A program made the translations under genes and the position numbers. Source: Candidatus Bathyarchaeia archaeon (GTDB taxonomy: Archaea > Thermoproteota > Bathyarchaeia > Bathyarchaeales > Bathycorpusculaceae). Taken from it: a stretch of DNA of 64,000 nucleotides. The stretch lies in assembly GCA_050010515.1 (NCBI GenBank), contig JBEKKX010000011.1, positions 1 through 64,000 of the forward strand. The letters run 5' to 3'. Below are positions 1 to 9,592 of the stretch, piece after piece. Each line of letters starts with the position of its first letter. Position 1 is the first letter of the stretch. The notes under the pieces were generated by a model, which made no database searches, was not told where the DNA came from, and was given only the letters and a program-made list of their open reading frames with translations.

Positions 1-1
1 C

Positions 2-934
2 GGCTGCGAAATAGCTGTCTTAGACTTAAACGAGAAAATCCTTGACGTAGTACAATTAGCCGACATAGTTTTTTGGCCAGTAGCCATCGACATCAAGTAC
101 AAAGATGTTGAAGCGATGCCTGCCAAGTACATTGACATAACTTTCTTTAACGGTTCAATCCGAAACTCAGAACAAGAACATATGGCTAAGCTATTGAGAC
201 AGAAGTCTAAAACTCTTGTTGCTTTCGGCTCATGCGCCCACGAAGGGTGCATACCGGGCCTCGCGAATCTCCATGACCGCAAAGAAATCTTTGACAAAGT
301 CTATCTGGAAAGCAAGTCCATTGCTAACCCGAAAAGAATCGTTCCCAAAACCTCGACCGAAGTAGAAGAAGGTATATTGAAGCTTCCAGAGTTCTACGAC
401 ACGGTGAAAACGCTGGACCAGACCGTTGATGTAGACTACTATCTTCCTGGCTGCCCACCTCCTGTCAAACTCATAGCCACCGCCGTGGAAGCCATCACGA
501 ACAACCAGCTACCGCCCAAGGGTTCTGTGCTTGCACCGTTGACCTCTGTCTGCGACGAATGCCCGAGAAAGAAGGATAACAAGAAAATCTCGAAGATATA
601 CCGTGTTTACGAGAAGATACCTGAACCGGAGAAGTGCCTGCTCGAACAGGGCATAATATGCATCGGACCAGCGACTCGCAGCGGCTGCGGGGCTCAATGC
701 CTCACGGTTGATATGCCTTGCACAGGATGCGGCGGACGCTGTCCAAACTCGCCGGAGCAAGGAGCAGCCATGATTAGCGCGTTAGCTTCGATACTGGGGC
801 TGGAGGGAGAGACGGAGCATTACAGCCAGGAGGATGTTGACAACTTGATGAACCAAATCAAGGATCCTCTTGGAACGTTCTACATGTACTCTCTACCATC
901 ATCAATTCTCAAGAGGAAAGTGATGCAAAAATGA
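2..934 (+). CDS. mvhG: F420-non-reducing [NiFe]-hydrogenase small subunit (group 3c, MvhG-like), 5'-partial
   Basis: Frame is open from position 2 (GCEIAVLDLNEK...). Motifs FGSCAHEGCIPG, YYLPGCPP, VCDECP, CLLEQGIICIGPATRSGCGAQC and PCTGC. Confidence 0.88.
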   Translation, partial: GCEIAVLDLNEKILDVVQLADIVFWPVAIDIKYKDVEAMPAKYIDITFFNGSIRNSEQEHMAKLLRQKSKTLVAFGSCAHEGCIPGLANLHDRKEIFDKVYLESKSIANPKRIVPKTSTEVEEGILKLPEFYDTVKTLDQTVDVDYYLPGCPPPVKLIATAVEAITNNQLPPKGSVLAPLTSVCDECPRKKDNKKISKIYRVYEKIPEPEKCLLEQGIICIGPATRSGCGAQCLTVDMPCTGCGGRCPNSPEQGAAMISALASILGLEGETEHYSQEDVDNLMNQIKDPLGTFYMYSLPSSILKRKVMQK

Positions 935-1275
935 AGGAAATCGTCATAGATCCGATAACGAGACTGGAAGGCCACGGTAACGTCTCGATATTCTTGAACA
1001 ACGAGGGCGAAGTTGAAAACGCTTACCTCAAGATACCTGAACTCAGAGGGTTCGAACAGTTCTGTGTCGGCAGAAGAGTTGAACTCATGCCTATTCTCAC
1101 GACTAGAATCTGCGGAGTCTGTCCCGTCTCCCACCATTTCGCTGCCACAAAAGCCTTGGACGCAGCGTTCAACGTTGACCCTCCATCTGCAGCTAAAAAG
1201 CTCAGAGAACTCATGTACGCTGGATACATTATCTATGACCATTTATGCGCGCTATCAGGATTTAGAAAAATTTAA
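931..1275 (+). pseudogene. mvhA: [NiFe]-hydrogenase large subunit (MvhA-like), truncated after about 105 aa
   Basis: IDPITRLEGHG, RGFE and L1 motif RICGVC are present. Similarity ends at IYDH (about 1243), then a stop. No C-terminal DPCxxC part seen in the window. Confidence 0.8.
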
Positions 1276-1347
1276 CTTGCAGTATATGTCTTTTTCCGCA
1301 AATTAATTAAAGAAAAAGAAAGGAGAAGTCTGCTAACTGTTTTCTCT

Positions 1348-1503
1348 CTATTCCTCTTTTTCGAACAGTAAGTAGTGGTTCACTCCCTCACCTGCTTGAG
1401 CGCAGGTATATGTGTGTAGTTTCCAACCTGTTTTCTCATATTCCTCGATATTCTTGGGGACATCCTCATGTCTGTCAACTAGTATACAAGCCCATTTTTT
1501 CAA
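1348..1503 (-). CDS. small hypothetical protein (51 aa)
   Basis: Read manually: TTG start, MKKWACILVDRHEDVPKNIEEYEKTGWKLHTYTCAQAGEGVNHYLLFEKEE*. Protein-like, with a GW motif and terminal LLFEK. Below the ORF-track cutoff. Confidence 0.55.
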   Translation of the reverse strand: MKKWACILVDRHEDVPKNIEEYEKTGWKLHTYTCAQAGEGVNHYLLFEKEE

Positions 1504-2266
1504 CGGTTACACCATAGATTCAGGACAGAACTAAAGCTATTTTTAACTTTCGCAAAAAGCTTCGCAGATTATCTTTGTGCTCTGCAGTTTGGACGCTTAC
1601 TTAGCTGTTCATTGTTATCTAAGAAAAAACTCGAAATAATATTATGGCTATTTGTTCTGACAATAAGCCCATTTCTCTCGTTGTTGTAGCGTAGAAAGAT
1701 CTAAGTTGCTCAACCCTCATCCTTAAGTCAGCTCTACCCAACCTTTTGTCAACTGCGTTGCAGGATATTTTTGCAGACTTGGAAATCTAGAGCGCGCTAA
1801 TGCCAAATCTACTTCTGCCTTACATGTTGGATTGAACTAATGTATAGCCAAGGCAAGCTACCTATAGAATGCCCTATGTGCGGTGCAAAATTTGAATAAA
1901 AGAACATCCATAGCAATTTATGACTCTGCTCTTTTGACGCTATCATTCTTATATCTACGGCGCGCGCCAGCTTGTTGCGAAAATGGTTTTGAACCCTTTT
2001 GGGTTTAAATCTCGGTGACCGCACTTATTCTGCTTCTTCAGCTTCCCTTGCGCGACTATGACTCCTATTATTATAACCTAAACGTGAACCTTTGGATCCT
2101 GTATTTCGCCTGAAAAGAAGGCTTGATGAATCAAATATTATGCACTAATAATGCATAAATTTGTATTTTAGTAATGCACACTTTTGTTGATCGCGCCAAT
2201 TTCAACAAAACCGCATTTTGACCTTCAAAAAAACAACTTTGCAGTTAGTCCAGTTCGCCCTCTCTA

Positions 2267-2516
2267 TCAAGGGATTATTTGGGCGTCTGCACAACCGCTG
2301 ATTATATTTGTTATTTTTATTTTTAAGTGTTCGTTGGGTTTTGCGTTGCTAATGAAGACTGGGAATCCTTTGATTTTGGCGATGCCTTCCCCGTTCGGAG
2401 TCATATCTTCCACTTCTACTTCGTATTCATCCCCAATTTCAAATGGGTAATCAATTCCTTTACCGCGCTTGTTTTTTGCATTTCTTGGAGCTCTTTTTTT
2501 GGGACTAAAAGGTCAT
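2267..2516 (-). pseudogene. single TRAM-domain RNA-binding protein, apparent frameshift near the start
   Basis: Read manually: SPKKRAPRNAKNKRGKGIDYPFEIGDEYEVEVEDMTPNGEGIAKIKGFPVFISNAKPNEHLKIKITNIISGCADAQIIP*. The ATG at 2516 is out of frame by one T (ATG ACC TTT TAG). Confidence 0.7.
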
Positions 2517-2769
2517 CTTCCTCGCTTTCACAATTATTTAATATTAAGTAATGTGTTCAAAGGCATAAGGGTTTTGTTTTAACCCTACTTAAAAAAGTTA
2601 AAAAAACAGCAGGTTCACTCTTGCAGCAGATATCGACAAAAAACCTAGAAATTGAACCCGCCACTTCTTAGCTTGTGTGTACCGCCAATCGGTGATTATA
2701 CAACAAAAGAGAAAAGAGCAAGTTGCAACATATTCAATGTGGTGTTGAACTATCCTTTCGGCTTTTATT

Positions 2770-3021
2770 ATGGTTCCTGTTCCATCTTATGCTCAGTACT
2801 TAACCTGCCCAAATTGTGGGTCACGAGTAGCATTGTACTCTAACTACTGCAATTTCTGCGGCGTACCCTTGCGTCAACCAATTTTGCTAAAAATCTGCCC
2901 CAGATGCAACACCCGGATTCCTGTAAGAGCAAATTTTTGCCCTGAATGTGGAAAAAAGCAAGAACCCTTTAGCCATGGGCAAAATGCTACGCCTATGGTG
3001 CAGGAGGCAAACCGCGGCTAG
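2770..3021 (+). CDS. double zinc-ribbon protein
   Basis: Four CxxC pairs: CPNC, CNFC, CPRC, CPEC. Confidence 0.8.
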   Translation: MVPVPSYAQYLTCPNCGSRVALYSNYCNFCGVPLRQPILLKICPRCNTRIPVRANFCPECGKKQEPFSHGQNATPMVQEANRG

Positions 3022-3077
3022 CCTTCTCACGTAACCCTTCAAGCCAAACTTGATGCGCCTGAGCTCGGTTGAGCTGG

Positions 3078-5492
3078 TTATGTTTCCGCTGATTGTAAGG
3101 TCGACTGTTGTGCCTCTGTCTGTGGTTGCTGGCACGGTTGTTGCTGAAGGAGTTGGATCTGCTTCCATGCCACCACTACTTTCTTTTTGAAGGATTTTTC
3201 GAACACATCCTTTTTCTTGTTTACCGCATACTCTTCTAGAACTGGGTTCAGAAGGACCGACCCCTGAACGGTCACGTTCTCGAAAGCCACGTGGGCTTCC
3301 ACATTTTGAACTATAGACTGATGAGAGAAGTCCAAGCTGTCTGCTAAGCGCAAAATGCCGACTAAAGTCGTAACTTTCCGTCTTAATTCACTGCTCAGCG
3401 ACTTGAAGTTATAGTGCTTATATTGTGGACAACCTTTGCGGTGATACCGGGCTACGTTCCCTATGACCCGCCTCTCAATAGAAGTGAACGGCAGCTGCGC
3501 CTCGTTTAGAATTAGGTTCAGCGATTTCTTATGGTGTGCTTTCGGTCCTTGCGACAAGCCTATGTCGTGAAGAATCGCCGCGCATTCGAGCCAGCAACGT
3601 TCCCTCTTGCCGAGCTTGTGCAGGTCTTGCAAGGCGTCGAAGAGTTCCAGAGACAGTTTTCTCACTTGCTCCGAATGCTTCATGTCTGGCCAATATTTCC
3701 TTGCGACTCTTCGGGTGCTCCTCGCCATCAAAGTGCATTTTCTTTCCATGTCGCTCTCTCGAGCCTTGTCTTCCGCGATTATATCCTCAAGAGATAGCCC
3801 GCGAAGCAGCATCTGGGCGTAACTTTCAGGAGCTCCTGTCTTTCTAAGAGCATCGGCCGCTGCCTCCACGTTATAACTAACCCTTACCAGCTCAACAGAA
3901 AAGGGGCTGGCGGTGATCGCTGCGTAGGCGGCTTGAGGGTTTCCGTCCCCAGGTCTCCCCACGCTGCCCGGATTAATGAATAAGGTTTCGCCAGCTTTTT
4001 TTGTGAATTGTTCATGTGATTGACCGAAGACAATTATGTCCGCGCCCGCGGTTTTGGCCACTTCCTGAAATCTCTCCTCCGACGTGTCATGATAAAGATG
4101 TTCGTCAACCGAGTCGGGGGTTCCGTGAATCATGAGAAGTTTCTTGTGAGCGATTTCAAGCTCGAGTTTGGACGGCAAGGTGCGAAGATAGGTTTCGTAA
4201 GCCTTTGCTAGTGTCTTTCTAGCGTATTCTAGAGCGAATTTTTTAGGGCCTTTCTCCCTGTTATTCTTGTCCAAGACTTCAAGGTCGTAATTTCCTATTA
4301 CGCTGAGAGCATTCTTCGAGTATAGCGTCTGGATGACTTCGTTGGGAAAAGCTCCGAACCCTATTACATCGCCGGCGTTTAGAAAAACAGTTATTCCTCG
4401 GCGTTCCGCGTCTTGCAGTACCGCTTCAAGAGCATTCAGGTTGGCATGAATATCTGCAATTACCGCGATTTTCACGTAGGGATTTTTCAGTTCTGCTTCC
4501 GTTCTATATCCCGCGGCTACAAAACCTGCGCTCGCATTTTTCCTCAATTCCTCAAAGGCGTTTTTGCTCTTCTCTTTTTCCCAAAAATTTACGAAATTTT
4601 CGTAGTGGTTTTTTCTTTTTTCTTTAATGTGGTCGAGGAACTTGAGAAGATCTTGATTGCCCTCGGCGATCGCTTTTTCGTTTTCTGGGGATGTTACGAT
4701 TTCGTTTTCGATCTGGTTTATGAATTTTGGAATACGTTCGATCCATACGTCGCAGTCGTGCATTTCGCCAAGTGTATCTTGAAAATTTTTCATCATTTTT
4801 ATCTCTTCCGAAAGTTCTTCTTGGTACAGCGGTGCAAACGCTTCCATAGTGTATCGGAGCCATTTGGCTCGAATGCGCATTTCATGGTGTTTGAGGATTT
4901 CGTTTTCCTTATGGACGTAATCTTCCATAGCTAGGAACCCGTCGAGTTTTGGGGATATTTGCCAGAAGGCTTTTTCGCGAACGGCGAACAAGTTGAAAGA
5001 GGTGCTTGCTGTTTCCTTGATGATTTGTTCGCAGTAACAGGATGTTTGCTGCAAAACTCTTGACTCTTTAAGCTCTTGCAGTCCGTTAATTATGTTCGAT
5101 TGCAGGTATGTTCTTTGGTCAATGTGCCACTCGAGCAAAGCCTCAATTCCCGTTTTGGGCTCGGTGGGTTGAAGCTGTTCAATGTAGTTTTTTATGACAG
5201 AGATCTGTACGTCCAAGTCTCTTGCGGCGCCGAGGAACTGAGTAACTTTCTTGATTTCGTTTAGCCATTTTTTGTAGCTTTTTTTTGGAAAACATTCTCT
5301 GAAAAGAGGCATGGCTGCTCTTATTCTTCGGGAAGTGACTCGCATTTTATGGACGTACTCTATATCTTCGCTTTTTTCAACCCCGTCTATTTGGGCTTCA
5401 ATAGTTTGAAGAAGTTTCGCGAGGGCTTCGGCCCCGAAACGGCAGTAGCTATAGTCTGTCATGGAGCCGTTAGGGTCAAAGCGAGTATTCAT
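3078..5492 (-). CDS. CHAD-metallophosphoesterase-HD fusion protein, copy 1
   Basis: CHAD: VHKMRVTSRRIRA, RDLDV, HEMRIRAKWLRY, QDTLGEMHDCDV. Calcineurin-like: DIHAN, AGD, GNYD, HG, NPGSVG. Ppx-type HD: LHDIG, RYHRK, LRLADSLD. Start placed at the ATGA overlap with the ppk remnant. Confidence 0.88.
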   Translation of the reverse strand: MNTRFDPNGSMTDYSYCRFGAEALAKLLQTIEAQIDGVEKSEDIEYVHKMRVTSRRIRAAMPLFRECFPKKSYKKWLNEIKKVTQFLGAARDLDVQISVIKNYIEQLQPTEPKTGIEALLEWHIDQRTYLQSNIINGLQELKESRVLQQTSCYCEQIIKETASTSFNLFAVREKAFWQISPKLDGFLAMEDYVHKENEILKHHEMRIRAKWLRYTMEAFAPLYQEELSEEIKMMKNFQDTLGEMHDCDVWIERIPKFINQIENEIVTSPENEKAIAEGNQDLLKFLDHIKEKRKNHYENFVNFWEKEKSKNAFEELRKNASAGFVAAGYRTEAELKNPYVKIAVIADIHANLNALEAVLQDAERRGITVFLNAGDVIGFGAFPNEVIQTLYSKNALSVIGNYDLEVLDKNNREKGPKKFALEYARKTLAKAYETYLRTLPSKLELEIAHKKLLMIHGTPDSVDEHLYHDTSEERFQEVAKTAGADIIVFGQSHEQFTKKAGETLFINPGSVGRPGDGNPQAAYAAITASPFSVELVRVSYNVEAAADALRKTGAPESYAQMLLRGLSLEDIIAEDKARESDMERKCTLMARSTRRVARKYWPDMKHSEQVRKLSLELFDALQDLHKLGKRERCWLECAAILHDIGLSQGPKAHHKKSLNLILNEAQLPFTSIERRVIGNVARYHRKGCPQYKHYNFKSLSSELRRKVTTLVGILRLADSLDFSHQSIVQNVEAHVAFENVTVQGSVLLNPVLEEYAVNKKKDVFEKSFKKKVVVAWKQIQLLQQQPCQQPQTEAQQSTLQSAET

Positions 5493-5825
5493 GCCATATC
5501 CCTCGATTTGATCAACCAAGCTTGTGAGTTTATTCTCTCTTCTCTTTCATCCGGCATAACTCTTTCGTAAAAACCGTCTGAAAGAAGCCTTCGGGCTTTC
5601 ACGTTGTCCCGAAGATGTATTTTGAATGTGTTTTCCAGAATCGCTCGGCTTATGAGCAAGTCAGGCACAGAGAAAAGCACTTCGACTCGTTCGTTGAGAT
5701 TTTGGGGCATCATGTCTGAACTTCCTATCAAGACTACCTCGTCTCCGTTGTTTCGGAAACAGTAGATTCGAGCGTGTCAAGAAATCGCCCTGCGATAGAT
5801 ATCACTTTGATGTTTCGCTTACCTG
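5489..5825 (-). pseudogene. ppk1: ppk1 C-terminal remnant
   Basis: IKVISIAGRFL/HARIYCF...IGSSDMMPQNLNERVEVL...INSQAWL matches the C-terminus of 11900..14020. It has frameshifts and no N-terminal part. Confidence 0.88.
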
Positions 5826-6166
5826 CGTGCGGGTTAACGGTTTCGGAAATTATAATCTTGATATTCTTAACGGTAATAAGTAGAAAACGAATTATAAATA
5901 TTGCGACATCTCTGGCTCAGCGTTGGTTCCTGAGCAAATCTTCTTTGCTTCATATTCTGTGGATTGCAATCTTTCACATTCGAAAAAGTAGCGTTTTCTT
6001 ATCAACAGTTCAAGCTCTCCTCCTGACTATCGAGAAAGAAAGCGAGCCTAAATCCTCCAGAGTAGAAACAATAGCAGACTACAGTAAACGCCCACGCGCT
6101 ACATATAGTTGCTACATTTCACGGCAGTAGAAATAGTTAAATCTCTCTACCAGTCCTTAGTGAATC

Positions 6167-6796
6167 ATGAATTCTAAAACTTTAATCGAAACAGGATTCA
6201 CCGAATGGTTCCCGCTGAAAACGCTAACACACTCAAATTTACCTTCAGACAAAGGTAGCGTCATCATAATAGTGGATAAGGAACTCTCAGGAAAACCAGA
6301 ATCTGATATTCTATACATAGGACGCACAAAAAAACCCGTCAAAAGGATACTGGGCGGATATTTGGCAGGATACGGAGGAAAAAACAGTAAGAAGATCAAC
6401 CAGATGCTTTTCGACGAAGGCTACATAGAAAAGGTCGCTATAGGCTGGATCCTAACCGACAAACCAAGAATCATGCAAGAAAAATTGCTTGCCAAATTCA
6501 AAGAAGATCACGGTGAACTTCCAATCTGGAACACCAAAAAGAAACTCAATGTTAAACCCAAAGGAACTCCAGCTTTTAAGCCCAAAAAAGCTCCAGCTTT
6601 AAAGACCAAGACCGCCACACCGAAAGCCAGAGCCGCCCCAGTAACAAAGCCCAGTCCAAAGCCAAAAATCGTTTCAACAAAGAAACCAGCAGCAAAAGCG
6701 GAAACATCAGCCAAAACGGAGCAGCCAAGCAAAGAGGAAACTGCTGCAGAAACGTCAGAAAAGGCAAAGACCTCAGACAGCGAAATAAAAACTTAA
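6167..6796 (+). CDS. GIY-YIG-like domain protein with Lys/Ala/Pro-rich tail, copy 1
   Basis: DILYIGRT...R and HGELPIWN resemble the GIY-YIG fold. About 85-aa low-complexity basic tail. Paralog of 14367..14837. Confidence 0.6.
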   Translation: MNSKTLIETGFTEWFPLKTLTHSNLPSDKGSVIIIVDKELSGKPESDILYIGRTKKPVKRILGGYLAGYGGKNSKKINQMLFDEGYIEKVAIGWILTDKPRIMQEKLLAKFKEDHGELPIWNTKKKLNVKPKGTPAFKPKKAPALKTKTATPKARAAPVTKPSPKPKIVSTKKPAAKAETSAKTEQPSKEETAAETSEKAKTSDSEIKT

Positions 6797-7028
6797 AATA
6801 AAGATCCAGCTAGCTTCTTCTCTCCCTTTTTTCCTTTGATTAGTGGGTATCTTGTTTTTCTAATAGGCTTTTTTCGAATAAGATCCCCTTTATTTTGTTG
6901 TTGGTTAGCAATCACATACCAATCTTGATCGATTTTTTTTGGGTTGGTTATCTTAATTGTATAGCTCTTTGATTGATAGAGTAGCTATTATTAGGCAGCG
7001 TAACCTATTCTCAATGAGGCTGTTTTAG

Positions 7029-7931
7029 GTGTCGATGGATTCAGAAGATTTCAAGGTGTCGTCTGGTAAAAAGACTAGTTTGAAGGATTTTGATTCAGGT
7101 TGGATTCCGAAATGGGCTAAGAAAAAGGAAGACGAAGAGGGCAAAAAAGCAGTAAAAGAACAGGCACTAGCTATTCTTGAGGCGAACAGGCAGAAACTGG
7201 TTGAGATGCAGGAGTTGTTTTGGGCAAGCAACACCTATTCCATGTTGATTATTCTCCAAGGGATGGATGGAGCTGGAAAAGACAGTACAATCCGTCATGT
7301 AATGTCGGGGGTTAACCCTCAAGGTTGCCAAGTTACTGCTTTCAAAACTCCATCCGAAGAAGAACTGAATCACGATTTTCTATGGCGCCACGTGAAAGCA
7401 CTTCCAGAAAGGGGAAGCATAGGCATTTTCAATCGTTCATACTATGAGGATGTGCTCATCGTTAAGGTTCGTCCAGAGGTCTTAGAAAAGACCAAGCTAC
7501 CCCTGGCGGTGGAGGGAAAGCAGTTCTGGAATCAACGATATGAGGACATAAACATGTTTGAACGGCACTTAGTTCGGAACGGCACGGTAGTGCTGAAATT
7601 CTTCCTCCACGTCTCAGAGGAGCAGCAGAAACAGCGTTTGCTTAAACGCCTCGAAGACCCTGACAAAAATTGGAAATTTTCGCTTACGGACCTTTCAGAA
7701 CGCTCAAAATGGGATGATTACATGGAGGCATACGAAGATATGCTTAACCAGACAAGCACTGAATGGGCGCCTTGGTATGTTATCCCTGCAGATAAGAAAT
7801 GGGTTACCCATGCATCAATCTCTGAGATTATAGTGTCCCAAATTAAGAAGCTGGATTTGAAATATCCTGTTCTGAGCCCAGAGCAATATGCAGCTTTGGA
7901 CAAGGCTAAGGTTGAACTGGAAAAAGAATAA
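7029..7931 (+). CDS. ppk2: polyphosphate kinase 2 family (probably class III)
   Basis: LQGMDGAGKDS Walker A, FNRSYYEDVL, LKFFLHVS, KNWKFS, APWYVIPADKKW. Confidence 0.93.
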   Translation: MSMDSEDFKVSSGKKTSLKDFDSGWIPKWAKKKEDEEGKKAVKEQALAILEANRQKLVEMQELFWASNTYSMLIILQGMDGAGKDSTIRHVMSGVNPQGCQVTAFKTPSEEELNHDFLWRHVKALPERGSIGIFNRSYYEDVLIVKVRPEVLEKTKLPLAVEGKQFWNQRYEDINMFERHLVRNGTVVLKFFLHVSEEQQKQRLLKRLEDPDKNWKFSLTDLSERSKWDDYMEAYEDMLNQTSTEWAPWYVIPADKKWVTHASISEIIVSQIKKLDLKYPVLSPEQYAALDKAKVELEKE

Positions 7932-8011
7932 CTATGTACCCGGCAGGAAACAAAACGGAATCCCATTTGCAATGCAGGGTTAAAAAACTCGTTTAGAGCT
8001 CCAGCACTTAA

Positions 8012-9592
8012 TTACGTGCTTGGCGTAACTATGCAGTGAACATCCAGCTGTTTTCCGAATGCTTCATAGAACGCCTGCTGATTCTGGATGATACTCCATT
8101 CTTCAAAGCTGCAGTCTGAGTCTGAATAAAACGAGAGCAGCACTTGGTCTTTATTTACTTTGACAAATTCTGCTTTCTTTACAAGTCCACAGTGGCTTCG
8201 GTCAAGCTTTTCTGCGAATCGGAGAAATGTTGAAAGAATGGCAATAGTCTCATTTGTTTTTTCGTTAAATCCTGTAATTTTCAGTGCTTTTTTGGAAGGT
8301 AACTTTTTCCTGTGAAAACGTGCTATGTTAGCCATTATTTGGGTTTCTCTCTGGTCAAAACCCAGAAGTTCAGCGTTGCTAATAATATAGTGAGAATGAA
8401 GCTGATGGTCATTAAACGAAAGAAAATCGCCGACATCATGCAACGTTGCAGCATGCTTCAAGAGTTCTCTCTCTGTCTCACCCAAATCATGTAGCCCAAT
8501 TTGTTTTGCGCTATCAAAAAGCTGCAACGCCAAAGAAGCCACAGTTTCCGAATGTTTCTCATCGAAGTTGCAAGATCTACCTAAGTGCAAAACGCTCCTA
8601 TTTCTCATCGGCGTCTTTTGTAGTTCTCGAAAGCCCTCAAAATTCGACAAATATTCAACAAGCAGACCATCCCGCAGTTCTCTGTGAGTAATGCAGATTT
8701 CTTCCAAACCGAAGTCTTCCATGACCGCTTCAATTATGGCTGCTCCAGCAATTATGATGTCGGCTCGGTCAGGATTAATAGCAGGCAGTTTTTTTCTTTC
8801 TTCGAGCGAAAGAGAGCAAAGAATCTGCGCCAACTTTTTCAGGTTCTTCCTTGATAGAGTGAGAACGCCTCCATTGCCGTTTTTCTTGAAAAGTTTGTTC
8901 GCGATTTCTGCCAAGTTTATGATTGTCCCTGATGAACCCCACGCGAGCCTGACGCCGTACTTGAGCACTGTCGCTTTAACCACTTGAACTTTGCTGCAAG
9001 CGTAATTTTTCATCTCTTTATAGTCATTGCTTGTTGTGGGTCCAGTCCAGCCTTCGCCGATGAATTGAGTTGTTAGCCTAATTGCCCCTAACTTAAGACT
9101 GTTTACATAAAAGCATTCGTGCTGGTTTCCGATGGCAATTTCGGTGCTGCCACCGCCTAAATCTATGAAAATAGCCTTTTCTTCGCCGATATCTATTCCA
9201 CTTGAAACGCCCAACCAAATCAAGCGGGCTTCGTCTTGTCCCGAAATTACATGTACCTTGAGTCCTGTTTCGCTGAGAAGTTTTTGAAGGAAATCGGATT
9301 GGTTTAGCGCTTCTCGAATGGCAGAGGTTCCGACGGCTATTATTTCAGTGGCGCCATAAGTTTTGGCGAGTTCAGAGAATTTTCCGCAAACAAAAACGGC
9401 GCGTTCCATGGCTTCTGGTCTTAGTATGTTGTCTTTGAATTCTTGTTCGCCAAGTCTGATAACTTCTTTTTCTTGGCTGATGATGGTGTAAGAGAAATTG
9501 GGGTTTATCCTCACCACTAAAAGACGCACTGCGTTTGTCCCGATGTCGACAAATCCAACTACATGTCCAGCGGTTTTTACTGTCGTTTCCAT
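8012..9592 (-). CDS. ppx: exopolyphosphatase Ppx/GppA with C-terminal HD domain
   Basis: DIGTNAVRL, TSAIREA, ISGQDEARL, DLGGGSTE, RADII, LRDG, LHDVG. Confidence 0.93.
   Translation of the reverse strand: METTVKTAGHVVGFVDIGTNAVRLLVVRINPNFSYTIISQEKEVIRLGEQEFKDNILRPEAMERAVFVCGKFSELAKTYGATEIIAVGTSAIREALNQSDFLQKLLSETGLKVHVISGQDEARLIWLGVSSGIDIGEEKAIFIDLGGGSTEIAIGNQHECFYVNSLKLGAIRLTTQFIGEGWTGPTTSNDYKEMKNYACSKVQVVKATVLKYGVRLAWGSSGTIINLAEIANKLFKKNGNGGVLTLSRKNLKKLAQILCSLSLEERKKLPAINPDRADIIIAGAAIIEAVMEDFGLEEICITHRELRDGLLVEYLSNFEGFRELQKTPMRNRSVLHLGRSCNFDEKHSETVASLALQLFDSAKQIGLHDLGETERELLKHAATLHDVGDFLSFNDHQLHSHYIISNAELLGFDQRETQIMANIARFHRKKLPSKKALKITGFNEKTNETIAILSTFLRFAEKLDRSHCGLVKKAEFVKVNKDQVLLSFYSDSDCSFEEWSIIQNQQAFYEAFGKQLDVHCIVTPST

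Noticed and set aside
931-1275. Selenocysteine or pyrrolysine readthrough rescuing mvhA
   Set aside because: The stop is TAA, similarity is lost about 10 codons before it, and no continuation is visible downstream.
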